A stretch of DNA of 64,000 nucleotides from an uncultured Thermoplasmata archaeon. Its GTDB lineage: Archaea; Thermoplasmatota; Thermoplasmata; Lutacidiplasmatales; UBA184. The notes below the pieces were generated by a model. That model saw nothing but the letters and a program-made list of their open reading frames with translations. It ran no database searches and had not been told where the DNA came from. Of the stretch, positions 8,126 through 20,842 are shown piece after piece. The stretch's first letter is position 1, and every line of letters begins with the position of its first letter. Made by a program: the position numbers and the translations under genes. The DNA lies in assembly GCA_963773945.1 (NCBI GenBank), contig CAVZDD010000003.1, positions 370,060-434,059 of the forward strand, read 5' to 3'.

Positions 8126-11100
8126 GTGAAGTTTAACGTAGGAAATCGTGTGGCGGTCGCCTTTGTTCTAGGAATTCTGGTTCTGAGCTCTCTCGCGCTT
8201 CTGGTCGTCATCGCTCCTCCGGCCGCGCATCCCTCGACGGCCGGATCGAGCCCGGGCGGGCTCCGGTCCGCGGCAACCTATGGCCACGGGGACCTGATCG
8301 TCACTCGCCGGCCAAACCGTCGTACTCACCCCCGGTACCACGGGTTCTTCCACCTACTACGAAGCGGGTAACATTTCGGTCCATGCCGGCGGCAAACTCA
8401 TCATCGAAAACCTGACGATCGACTGGGTGCAGTTTATCGGCACCTCGGGCACGATCGCCCAGCGCCTCGCCAACGTGTTCTGGTTCAGCGATGCCGGAAC
8501 TACCACCCTCTACAATTCCACGATCACCACCGACCCCTACGTCTTGAACGCCTTCGCCAAGCTCAACGTCTCGGTGACCGGCGAACTCGTCGTCTCGGCG
8601 CACAGCGCCTTCGAGTTCCCCGGATGGGTCACCGTGAGCGCCGGAGGCAGCCTCTTCTTCAACGACAGCACCAGCACGAACAACCCCCAGATCACCGCCG
8701 GAACGGTCAACTCGGCCATCGCCTACGATGAGGCCTGGTCCCCGGCACTCCAGACGGTCGGTGGCGGACAGATCTTCCTCGGCGACAGCATCGTCGAGAA
8801 TTACTACGCCGACAATTACGGCGCGAACGGCGTCCCGGGCCCCCAAATGGTGGGGAACAACGAGACCCAGACCCCGGATTACAATTGGGGCGGTTTCGGC
8901 TTCGCTCCGCCGGTCGCCGAAGGCATCGCCCAGGGATATGCCTGGGAAAAGCAACCAATCGCGAGCGGCATCCTCCAGATCGGCTACGTCACCTTCGCGT
9001 CCTACACCGCTCCCGCCGGGAGCACCTTCTCGTACCAAGGAACGGCCTACCCGCTCGGGTCGATCAACTTCGGCCTCGCCCCTGGGGGGACCCTCATCGA
9101 CGTCCCGCTCGGAGCATCGGCCATCGCTGCCGTCAACGCGGCCGGCGGCGCGGCGCCCTTCCTGCAGAACAGCGGCCAGTTCGGGACCGCCTCCGCGGAG
9201 TCCGCGGCCTTCAACTTCGGCATCAGCGACGTGAACATCACGAGCTTCCAGGTCATTCTCTACCCCGAGTTCCAGTTCAACATCACCGCGAGCGGCGCCG
9301 GTTCCCAGATCACCGCCGCCGACAGCACCCTCGGCATCAACTTCGCCGCCGTACCGGGGACGCCGGTCGCCCTCGGAACCCCGCCGCCGACACCGTGGGA
9401 TTCCCAGAAGCTCCTGGTTTCGGGAGGCGCCAACGCCTACCTCGGGAACATCACGGTCCTCGGGACCCCCTTCCAGCCATTCAACGACTCCTCCGCCGTC
9501 ATCCCGTCGGGGACGAGCCAGGCGTACTTCTACCAGTGGCTCAAGGTTCCGATCACCGGTGGCCGGAACGCCATCCCGGTGGCGAACGGGTCGACCGTCC
9601 CCGTCTACGCTGGCTCTAACGCCACCCTGGCCGCCACCGTCCTGGGCCTCAATGACCTGGCCAGCACCGACCCGATCCTCGCAACTTACGTCTCGGACGC
9701 CCTTGCCGCGCGCGGGCTTGCTCCCTCGGTGTCCGGCGGCGAAGGCGTCTCCTGGAGCATGCTCCTCTCCACCATCGTGGAGAGTTCGTTGCTGCCCACG
9801 GGTCAGTTCGTCGGGGTGTACAACGTCACGGTCACCGTCCCGCCCGGCCTGCCCGGCGAGGTCACCACGGTTGCCGCGTCCCTCACACCGTATCCCCAGG
9901 TCGTCACCCCGGGGTTCCCCTCGACCTCACCTCCGGCGGCCTTCCCCAACTACGAGGCCATCCTGGGCCTGTCGAGCATCCAGTCCCTGGTCCTTAGTGT
10001 AGCGAATACGACGGTGGCGATTGGCCAGACCCTTGTGATCAACGCCACCATCCAGAACCTCGGTACTGCTCCGACCAATAACTACACGGTCGAACTCACC
10101 TACCCCGAGCTCGCGGGCAACATCATAGTCGCGACCTCGGGGCACATCACCGCCCCGATCGCCGCGGGCGCGACCAAGGTCGTGCCGCTGACCTGGCTGG
10201 TCAACGAGACCGTCACCGGGCTTCAGGACAAGGCCCAATTCGTGGTGAGCTTCGGCGTGACGGCGATCTGGAACGGGGGCCTGCCGGATGGCGGCACGAA
10301 CTCGACCTCGATTGCCATCACCATCACCCCCGCCTTCATCTCGATCAGCTACACGCTGCCGACGGGGAAGCTGCCCACCAATACCAACACCATCGATTCC
10401 TCTGGCGTCGCGACCTTCGCCGGGAAGGGCGCCGCTACGCTCACGGTGCTGGCGGTCCGGGGCACCTCGAGCTACGTCCTTGCGGTGTACTCCCCGATCA
10501 CCAGCGGCACGACTTTCGAGACCGACCTCAACGCCGTCTCGGGCATGACGCCGGGCGACACCTACGTCATCTGGCTTCAGGTGACCTACAACGATAGGAC
10601 CTTCACGCAGTCGTACAGCCCCGGCCTCACCGTCGCGGGCAGCACGAGCTCGAACTTCCTGCTGACGAAAATCCTCGGTATCCCGCTCTGGATCTGGCTC
10701 GTCATCGCCGCCGGTATCATCGTCGCCGTCCTGGGCGTCATGTTCGGGCTGGGCCGGTTCGCTCGCGGCCGACTCGTCGAATGCGGCGAGTGCGGGAACC
10801 TCATCCCGGAGGACGCCACCGTGTGTCCGAAGTGCGGGGCCGAGTTCGAGACCGACCTCGTCCGCTGCAGTCGCTGTGGCTCCACGATCCCCTCGTCCTC
10901 GGCTGTCTGTCCGGAGTGCGCCGCGACGCTGCTCGCCCGGGCCGGCCCGGAGAACGCCGATCCGGAGCGCCAGAGCTACGCCGACTTCGTCGAGCGGTTC
11001 CGTACCGAAGCCAAGAAGGAACTCGGGCAGAATTACAGCGAGGGGGCGTTCTGGGACTGGTGGAAGCGCCAGCCGAGCTACGTCTCGTTCAACCAGTGGC

Positions 11101-11486
11101 GCCTCCAGCAGGCGCAGGGCACCCGGACCGGCATGACCGCCCCGGTCATGACCGAGGCCGACGACCGCGACGTGACGACCGCGACGGCTCCGAAGCGCCC
11201 ACCCTCCGGTGGCGCCCCGCCCGCCGGAGGGGCCGCCGCCTCCACGGGGAGGGCTCCCGCGTCCCGGACACCCCCGGCCACCCGCACCGCTCCGGCCGCC
11301 GCGGCGGCACCCGCCAGCCCGGCCGCCTATGTCCCCGCTCCGCAGCCCGCCGCCGCTCCGACGATGTCCGGCGCGGCGCCCGCCATGCCGGCGGGCGCTT
11401 CGGGTATGAAGAACTGCCCCAACTGCGGCAAGCAGATCAACGCGGACTTCCTCGTCTGTCCGTTCTGCGGTTCCGTGACCGGGTAA
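8126..11486 (+). CDS. Large single-pass surface glycoprotein with cytoplasmic zinc ribbons; one frameshift near 8303
   Basis: Signal peptide MKFNVGNRVAVAFVLGILVLSSLALLVV from GTG 8126. The frame shifts at about 8303 into LAGQTVVLTPG and ORF 8427..11486. Contains many NxS/T sequons, a CARDB-like segment (INATIQNLGT), a TM helix and six CxxC pairs. Confidence 0.8.
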
Positions 11487-11587
11487 ACCCCTTCCAGCCT
11501 CCGGCCCGGCGGCCGGGTCGTAACCCGGTCGCGCGCGGGAACCAACGCCTTTAACCTCGGGCCGTTCTGCCGGCGCGCGGTGCGTCG

Positions 11588-12820
11588 GTGACGGGAAACC
11601 TGGAGCTCGGACGGCTCAAGATCGCCTGGGCTCGGAATCACATGCCCGTCCTGGCCGCCATCGAGCGTCGCTTCGTAACCGAGCGACCTCTCGCGGGCAA
11701 GCGGATCTCCGCGGTGCTCCACGTGGAGGCGAAGACCTGCGTCCTGGCGCTGACGCTCAAGGCCGGGGGCGCCGACGTCCGACTCGCGGGAGGCAACCCG
11801 CTCTCCACCGACGATGACACCGTGGCGGCGCTCGTCGAGGCCGGGGTCCCAACCTGGGCCCGGAAGGGCGAATCGATCGAGGAGTACAACGCCGGCATCC
11901 AGGCCATGCTCGACTTCAACCCCGAAGTGATCGTCGACGACGGAGCCGACCTCGTCGCCCTCGCCCATACGGCCCGTAAGGACCGGGGACCCATCCTCGG
12001 GTCGACCGAAGAGACCACGACCGGCGTCACGCGACTGCGGGCGATGGAGAAATCGGGAGCCCTCCACTGGCCGGCGATCGACGTCAATGATGCGTCCATG
12101 AAACATCTGTTCGACAACCGATACGGGTGCGGCCAGTCCTTCCTGGACGGCCTCTTCTCCGCGACGAACCTGTTGGTCGCCGGACGCACCTGCGTCGTCG
12201 CGGGATACGGCTGGGTCGGCAAGGGGATCGCCTCCCGGCTCCGGGGAGTGGGCGCCGACGTCATCGTAACGGAGGTGGACCCGGTGCGCGCCATCGAGGC
12301 CCGGCTCGAAGGGTTCCGCGTCCGTCCGATGCTCGAGGCCGCCGCCGAGGCGGACGTGATCGTGACCACGACCGGCAACCGCGGGATCGTGGGCGCGGAG
12401 CACCTGAAGGTCATCAAGGACGGGTGTCTGTTGGCCAACATGGGACACTTTGACGTCGAGATCTCGAAGCCCGACCTCGCCGCGATGGCGACCCACCGGG
12501 CGATCGTCCGGCCCAACGTCGAGGAATACCGGTTCGGCGACGGACGGAAGGTCTACCTGCTCGGCGACGGACGGCTGATCAACCTGGCCGCCGGCCAAGG
12601 CCATCCGGCGGAGATCATGGACCTCAGCTTTGCACTCCAGGCCCTCTCGGTCGAGTACATCGTCCGTCACGGGACGGAGCTTTCGGCACGGGTCCACCCG
12701 GTGCCCGCCGAGCTGGACCACGCCGTGGCCGAGGCGGCGCTCGGGCCCCTCGGCATTGGCATCGACCGAGCCACGGCGGACCAGACCCGCTATTCCCAGA
12801 GCTGGACCGAGGGAACATGA
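11588..12820 (+). CDS. ahcY: S-adenosylhomocysteine hydrolase
   Basis: [49 protein letters not shown] and [11 protein letters not shown]. Confidence 0.96.
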   Translation: MTGNLELGRLKIAWARNHMPVLAAIERRFVTERPLAGKRISAVLHVEAKTCVLALTLKAGGADVRLAGGNPLSTDDDTVAALVEAGVPTWARKGESIEEYNAGIQAMLDFNPEVIVDDGADLVALAHTARKDRGPILGSTEETTTGVTRLRAMEKSGALHWPAIDVNDASMKHLFDNRYGCGQSFLDGLFSATNLLVAGRTCVVAGYGWVGKGIASRLRGVGADVIVTEVDPVRAIEARLEGFRVRPMLEAAAEADVIVTTTGNRGIVGAEHLKVIKDGCLLANMGHFDVEISKPDLAAMATHRAIVRPNVEEYRFGDGRKVYLLGDGRLINLAAGQGHPAEIMDLSFALQALSVEYIVRHGTELSARVHPVPAELDHAVAEAALGPLGIGIDRATADQTRYSQSWTEGT

Positions 12821-13215
12821 ACGACCCCTCGGCAACGCCCGAAGAGCTTCGCTATACCGCCGATCACGAGTGGTTCCGACCGGATGGCGCCGACGTCCTG
12901 GTCGGGATCACCGACCACGCTCAGCGGCAACTGACCGACGTCGTCTTCGTCGACCTCCCCGCGGTCGGGAAGGCCGTCGCCGCGCACGGGACCGTGCTGA
13001 CGCTGGAATCGGTCAAGACCGTCTCGGACGTCTACGCCCCGGTCGCCGGTACCGTGAGCGCCGTCAACGACCAGCTCAAGGGCCACCCCGAGCTGGTCAA
13101 CCAGGACCCCTACGGCAAGGGTTGGCTATTCCGGCTCCAGCCCACCGCTCCTTTGAGTCCCTCGGAGGGACTGTCCGCCGCCCAGTACCGCGCCCAGGTC
13201 GAGGCGACGCCCTAG
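12817..13215 (+). CDS. gcvH: Glycine cleavage system H protein (lipoyl carrier)
   Basis: [29 protein letters not shown] (lipoyl lysine) and [15 protein letters not shown]. Confidence 0.95.
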   Translation: MNDPSATPEELRYTADHEWFRPDGADVLVGITDHAQRQLTDVVFVDLPAVGKAVAAHGTVLTLESVKTVSDVYAPVAGTVSAVNDQLKGHPELVNQDPYGKGWLFRLQPTAPLSPSEGLSAAQYRAQVEATP

Positions 13216-13227
13216 GCGAAAGGGCCG

Positions 13228-15135
13228 TTACTTCCCGTCAAAGACCGGCTTGCGGCGTTCGAGGAACGCCGTCATGCCTTCGGTCCGGTCGTGGGTCGCG
13301 AAGGTGTGTCCCGACGATTCCCCCTCGAGGCGGAGCGCGGAGTCCATCGAGGAGTCGACCGCCCGGTTCACGACACTCTTTACCCACTGCACCGCCAGCG
13401 GCGCACGCTCCGCGATGAGCTGAGCAATCCGGGCTACGTCCTCGCGCACCGCATCGGCCGGAACGACCCGGGTGACGATCCCGAGGGCGAACGCCTCCTC
13501 CGCGGTGATGTCCTCGCGCCCCGTGTACACGACGTACTTCGCGTTCGCCCGGCCGACCAGCCGGGTGAGCCGGCTCGCGCCGCCCCACCCGGGGTGGATA
13601 CCGATCTTCACCTCGGGCAGGCCGATCCGTGCCCCGGCGGCTGCCACGATGAAATCGCAGGCCAATGCGAGCTCGAGGCCTCCGCCGAGGGCGTATCCCT
13701 CGACGAGGGCGATGACAGGGGTCCGGAACTCCTCGATGCGTTTGCAGACCGCCTGACCGGCAAAGCCGAACGCGCGACCACCGGCGATGTCCTTGCCCAC
13801 CATCTCGGCGATGTCCGCCCCGGCGGCGAATACGGGGGAACTTCCGGCCAGGACGACGACCCGCAGTTCCGGAACCTCAGCGAGCGCGCTGAAGGTCTGC
13901 TCGAGCTGCTCCAAGACCTGGGAGTTGACAGCGTTGAGGACCTCGGGACGATCCAAGAGGACCCAGGCGATCGGCCCGTCCCGTTCGACGCGGACGAGGC
14001 GCAGCGGCCAACGGTTCTCCCCGGCGCGGACGCGGGCGTGGAGCTCCGGCGACACCGGGAAGTTTCCCGGGAAGCGGGCGGCGTAGGCTTCCACGTCGTA
14101 GAGTGCGGTGCCGAGGCCGAGATCCGACATGAGTCCGAAGGGGCCTTTCGCCCACCGGAGTCCGACCACGGCGCCCCGGTCCGTGGCCTCCGGCGTTGCG
14201 ACCTTTTCCTCTACGAGTCGCGTGGCGATGCCGAAGACCAGCCCGCGGAACCGTTCCCGAACCGCCTGCGCCCGGTCGGGCTCCGGAGTGGACGCCTTCC
14301 AAGGCCACGGGGTGCCCTTTTCGAACTGATGTTTCAGGAGCGACGTGGGCGCGTATGCCGCGCCGAAGGCTCGCTCGAGGGAGCCCATCGAATGGAACGC
14401 GATCGGGACGCCGGTCGCGTTCATGAGCTCGAACGGACCCAACTTCGTTCCGAACAGCTCGCGACCGACCGCTTCGATCGTCGCCATGTTTGCCACCTCT
14501 TCCTCGGCGAGCCGCGTCGCCTCGTTCAGGTAGGGTACGAAGAAACGATTGACGGCGAATCCCGCCCGGTCGGCAGTGTGAATCGGGATTTTCCGGAGGC
14601 GATACGAGACCGCCTCGAGCGCCGCGATGGTCGCTGCCGAGGTTCGGGCGCCTCCCACCACCTCGACCAGCCGGTTGATCGCCGCGGGATAGAAGAAGTG
14701 GAGTCCCGCGAATCGCTCGGGGTACGGGAACGATTCCTGCAGCCGCGTGACGGAGAGCGACGAGGTATTCGTCGCGACGATCGTGTCGTCGGAGACGATC
14801 GGGGCCAGTTGGTCGAAGAGCGCCCGCTTGACCTTTTCTTCCTCGAAGACGGCTTCGACCACCAAGCGGGCCTGTCCCGTCACCGCGGTCACATCCGTGG
14901 AGAAGAAGATCCGGCCGAGCACGGCATTCCGTTGCTCGGCGGTGAGTTTCTTGCGCTCGACGGCCCCGGTCAACGTGGTCTCGATTCGTTCCCGCGCCTT
15001 CCCGACCAGCACTTCGGTGAGGTCGTAGAGTCGGACCGAGTACCCGGCCTGGGCGAACGTCTGACCGATACCGCTGCCCATGTTGCCCGCCCCGAGCACG
15101 GCGACAGGACTCCCGGGAGGCACCATTACGCCCAT
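13228..15135 (-). CDS. Bifunctional 3-hydroxyacyl-CoA dehydrogenase / enoyl-CoA hydratase (HAD N-terminal)
   Basis: GAGNMGSGI, EAVFEE, ATNTSSL and GLHFF, followed by crotonase motifs FAAGADI, ALGGGLEL, GLPEV and PGWGG. Start uncertain; the ORF extends to 15183. Confidence 0.92.
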   Translation of the reverse strand: MGVMVPPGSPVAVLGAGNMGSGIGQTFAQAGYSVRLYDLTEVLVGKARERIETTLTGAVERKKLTAEQRNAVLGRIFFSTDVTAVTGQARLVVEAVFEEEKVKRALFDQLAPIVSDDTIVATNTSSLSVTRLQESFPYPERFAGLHFFYPAAINRLVEVVGGARTSAATIAALEAVSYRLRKIPIHTADRAGFAVNRFFVPYLNEATRLAEEEVANMATIEAVGRELFGTKLGPFELMNATGVPIAFHSMGSLERAFGAAYAPTSLLKHQFEKGTPWPWKASTPEPDRAQAVRERFRGLVFGIATRLVEEKVATPEATDRGAVVGLRWAKGPFGLMSDLGLGTALYDVEAYAARFPGNFPVSPELHARVRAGENRWPLRLVRVERDGPIAWVLLDRPEVLNAVNSQVLEQLEQTFSALAEVPELRVVVLAGSSPVFAAGADIAEMVGKDIAGGRAFGFAGQAVCKRIEEFRTPVIALVEGYALGGGLELALACDFIVAAAGARIGLPEVKIGIHPGWGGASRLTRLVGRANAKYVVYTGREDITAEEAFALGIVTRVVPADAVREDVARIAQLIAERAPLAVQWVKSVVNRAVDSSMDSALRLEGESSGHTFATHDRTEGMTAFLERRKPVFDGK

Positions 15136-15269
15136 CGAACGGACCACCGAGCGGGACCAAGGTCTCGCGTCGCCGCGCGACATCGGTCGGGCAGATAAGA
15201 ACCCGGCGGAGGCACCCGGCGCGATTCCCTACGAGGAGGCGATAAGAACGCCGGTCCGCTCGCGAGTTC

Positions 15270-16132
15270 GTGCCATCGACCCCCGAGGACCACCATGCGA
15301 TCGAGACCGCGCTCCGCGAGGAGCGTGAGCTCGTGCTCAGTTTGGGGGGCTATGCCATCGAGTTGGCCGGTGGCGTGCTCGTGCTCAACGAACGAATCCC
15401 GGTGCCGAGGTTCAACTTCGTGCAGTACATTCGGCTTCACCGGAACCGTCAGTCCGCCTTTCTCGAACGGGCCCTCGACCATTACTTCCAGCGGGCGCTT
15501 CGACCGTCCATCAGAGCGGAGCCGCCGGTGCCCGACTTCCTCGACGCGTCGCTCCGGCACCTCGGATTCCGGCCGGCCCCGGACTCGTGGTCCCTCTTGC
15601 TCCACCGAGGACCGGAACGTTCCGCTCCGACCGACTCCCGGTATGAGGTCCGACCCGCGACCGGGGACGAGCTTCCGCTGATCGCCCGATTCTGGACGTC
15701 CGACGTGGAGCGCGATGAGTTCCTGCGCGCCTTGTCCGTAGCGCTCGTTCACCCCAACCCGGAGGAGAACCTTGTACCCGTGATCGCGCTGCGGGAGGGG
15801 CGACCGGCCTCCGCGGCGTTGTTCCACCGCTTTCGGTCGTCCGTGGGGATCCACGGCGTCGTCACGCAGCCCTCGGAGCGGGGCCAAGGGGCCGCGACGG
15901 CCCTCGTCGCCGGGTTGTTGAACGGTCCGATGGGGTTCGGCGAGGCCGCCCCTTTCGCGATGTGGTCGGACAGTCCTCGGCTCGACCGCCGGTTGAAGGA
16001 CCTGGGCTTCGAAGTGGCCGTGCGCTACTCGGTTTACGAACTGCCCCGAGACGCAGAACTGAGCCTGCCTCCCAGCGGCGCGCCGACACCTCCTCGATGG
16101 CGCCCGCCGCGTCGGAAGGTCCAGAAGGCCGA

Positions 16133-16136
<4 letters not shown>
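15270..16136 (+). CDS. GNAT-family acetyltransferase-like protein
   Basis: Acetyl-CoA-binding motif GVVTQPSERGQGAATALV and LGFE. Confidence 0.7.
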
Positions 16137-18469
<2,333 letters not shown>

Positions 18470-18471
18470 GG

Positions 18472-19485
18472 CTACGTCCGACGCAAAGTGTACGCCACGA
18501 GATCGGCCTGAGGCGAGTAGGGGTGAACCAGACGGCTCTCGAGGCAGGTCCAATCCGCGCCGGACCCGAGTTGGCGCACGAGCGCGATTCCCCGCATCGA
18601 ATGGTCCGCGCGCGGGGTCACCTCGTAGTAGTGTACGGTGCCGCCGGGCGCTACGGCGGCGCTCACCGAGGGGAGGTACTTAATTCCTTCGTGGGGAAGG
18701 TTGAGCACGACGCGGTCCGCGGTCCCGGCTGCCTTGAGGAACTGCTCGACCGACTCGTTCCGAGCCTCGATCCGACCGGCAACGCGGAGACGTTCGGCAT
18801 TCTCGCGCAATAGGGCGATTGCGGCCGGGTTGGAGTCGACCGCCACGATGCGTTCTGCCAACCCCCGCCGAGCAAGGGTCAGAGCGAACGGTCCGATCCC
18901 ACAACACAGATCCCACACGGTCTCCGCCGGACGTACCTCGGACGCAACGCGGGCATGTTCCCGCGCCAGCCGGGGAGAGAAGTAGGCGACCTCCGGGTCC
19001 ACGACGAACTCGAGCCCATTCTCCCGATAGTGAGTGCGCCACGGACCCGTCCCGGCGAGCGGAGCAAGCTGCCGGAGCCGGGACGTCCCGTGGACCCCCA
19101 GGTCTCCCCCGACTCGTCGAGCCCCGGGAACGAACGCGAGGAGGGCGGCGCCGATCTCCGCCGCATGCGGTGTGAGTTCCGAGGGCAGTCGGACGAGAAC
19201 GATGTCTCCGATGACGTCGAAGGCTCGGGGTAGTAACGCCTGAAGGTCGGGAGTTAGGTGGAGCAGCTCACGGTAGGACCGGGGAGGAGCCGCCTTCGAT
19301 GGCAGCTCCCGTTCCTCGACCCGGGTGTGTTCGAGGGGGGGTTCCGGGAGGGATTCGACAGGGAACGCTACCTCGTGTTCCGCACGGATGGCGCGCACGT
19401 CCCTCCGGAGGATCCCGAGGCGATGTAGGGCCTGGCGCACGTTTTCCGCTTGTTCGGGAGGGGCCAGGACGACCCAGGTCCTCAT
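18472..19485 (-). CDS. trm5: Trm5-type tRNA (guanine-37) SAM-dependent methyltransferase
   Basis: FDVIGDIV, ENGLEFVVD, YFSPRL..EH, DLCCGIGPF and DRVVLNLP. ATG 19485 overlaps the apgM stop. Confidence 0.8.
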   Translation of the reverse strand: MRTWVVLAPPEQAENVRQALHRLGILRRDVRAIRAEHEVAFPVESLPEPPLEHTRVEERELPSKAAPPRSYRELLHLTPDLQALLPRAFDVIGDIVLVRLPSELTPHAAEIGAALLAFVPGARRVGGDLGVHGTSRLRQLAPLAGTGPWRTHYRENGLEFVVDPEVAYFSPRLAREHARVASEVRPAETVWDLCCGIGPFALTLARRGLAERIVAVDSNPAAIALLRENAERLRVAGRIEARNESVEQFLKAAGTADRVVLNLPHEGIKYLPSVSAAVAPGGTVHYYEVTPRADHSMRGIALVRQLGSGADWTCLESRLVHPYSPQADLVAYTLRRT

Positions 19486-20759
19486 GGGGAAGGACTCGCG
19501 GGCACCCCGGCCCACAGCTGCCGGAGCACGTCCTTCCCGAGTATCGTTCCCAGCGGGCCGCCGGAAGGTTCCGCCCCAAACTTCGGGGTTCCGCCCGATG
19601 GAGCGACCCCCGCACCGACCAATAGGAACGGCACCGGGTCGTCGGAATGACGTTTGAGTATCGCCGGCGTGGCATGGTCGGCCGTCACCGCCACCCGCGT
19701 GGTGGTCCAGTCGAGTTCCTCCACGAAGGGCCCGAAGAACGACCGGTCGATGTCCTCGACGATCGCCTGCTTCTTCCGGGCGTCCCCGTCGTGGCCGGGC
19801 TCGTCGGGTCCCTTGAGATGAATGTAGACGAACGGAAAGTCGCGAAGTGCTTGCCGTGCGACCCGCGCGCGCTCCGCGAGGGCCGCTGCGCGGTCGGCTC
19901 CCATCGGCCCCACATAGATGTCGGCGAGGCCCAGCAGCTTCGCGATGCCTCGCTCGACTGGCATCTCGGTGACCGCCGCCCCTTGGATGCCGTGCTTCAC
20001 GGAGAAAGGGGTCCGTGGGACTGCCGGGAGCGCGCCGGCGTTGCGAAGCAGCACCGCGTTGGCGAACTGTCCCCCCCGCATCGCCCTTCGAGCGTTGACC
20101 CGGTGCCCTGCCAGGAGCCCCGGGACCTTCTCCAGCCATTCGTTCACCGCCGACGCAGTACGGGCGGCGGACGGGTCGGCATTCAACGGCTCGACCTTCA
20201 ATGGAATCGGCTCCGCCGCGATGCGTGCGTGGCCCATCCCGCCCGTTCGTTCGTAGAAGGGGTCCGAGTTGGAGATCTCCGCGGACAGGGGAACGCCGTC
20301 GGTCGGGTGCAGCCACAGCACGCCGCGGTGGCCGATCGTTGGACGCAATTCCGCTCGCACATGCTGGTCCGTGAGGAGGTCCGCGTCGTTGATCGAACGG
20401 GAGAGGTCGGCCGCTTCCGCGGTGCTCAACGAACGCCCCACGCGGGAGTCCAGGATCGCGCCGTCCCCACCGGCCGTGGCGAAGTTGGACCGAAGCGCCA
20501 CGTCGCCGGGTGCCAGGGGAACGTCCACGCCGAGCGCTTCAAGGACACCGCGGCCGGGGGAGTCGATCGCCGGGTCGTATCCAAGCAGCGCCATGACGCC
20601 GGCATCGGATTCGGGCGCGATGCCGGGGCCGATCAGCATGACTTGGCCCACGACGCCGTGGGAAGCCAGGCGGTCGAGATGGGGCGTTTGGGCCGCGACG
20701 ATCGGGGATTCGTTGTTCGTGTCCGGGTGGGGCCGGTCGCCCAAACCGTCGAGAATCAC
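19482..20759 (-). CDS. apgM: Cofactor-independent phosphoglycerate mutase (archaeal type)
   Basis: ILDGLGDRP, TPHLD, PESD, ALRSNFAT, HLKGPDEPGHDG, TADHATP and HSDDPVP. The true start may lie about 30 nt further upstream. Confidence 0.92.
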   Translation of the reverse strand: MILDGLGDRPHPDTNNESPIVAAQTPHLDRLASHGVVGQVMLIGPGIAPESDAGVMALLGYDPAIDSPGRGVLEALGVDVPLAPGDVALRSNFATAGGDGAILDSRVGRSLSTAEAADLSRSINDADLLTDQHVRAELRPTIGHRGVLWLHPTDGVPLSAEISNSDPFYERTGGMGHARIAAEPIPLKVEPLNADPSAARTASAVNEWLEKVPGLLAGHRVNARRAMRGGQFANAVLLRNAGALPAVPRTPFSVKHGIQGAAVTEMPVERGIAKLLGLADIYVGPMGADRAAALAERARVARQALRDFPFVYIHLKGPDEPGHDGDARKKQAIVEDIDRSFFGPFVEELDWTTTRVAVTADHATPAILKRHSDDPVPFLLVGAGVAPSGGTPKFGAEPSGGPLGTILGKDVLRQLWAGVPASPSP

Positions 20760-20842
20760 GAGAGCAAAGCGGAGAGACGAGTCCGGCGTGGTGTCGCGCT
20801 CCCTAGCCTTATATGGGGAGCCCCAGTCGCTTCTCCCCGGCC

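Noticed and set aside
11190..11400. Low-complexity GC-rich stretch resembling a repeat
   Set aside because: It encodes the Pro/Ala linker of the surface protein and has no discrete repeat unit.
13291..15198. Long alternative-frame and antisense ORFs, for example 13291..15198 +, 6707..8068 -, 49650..51686 + and 51697..53637 +
   Set aside because: They are shadows of well-supported genes in GC-rich DNA, are rich in Arg/Pro/Gly and carry no recognisable motifs.
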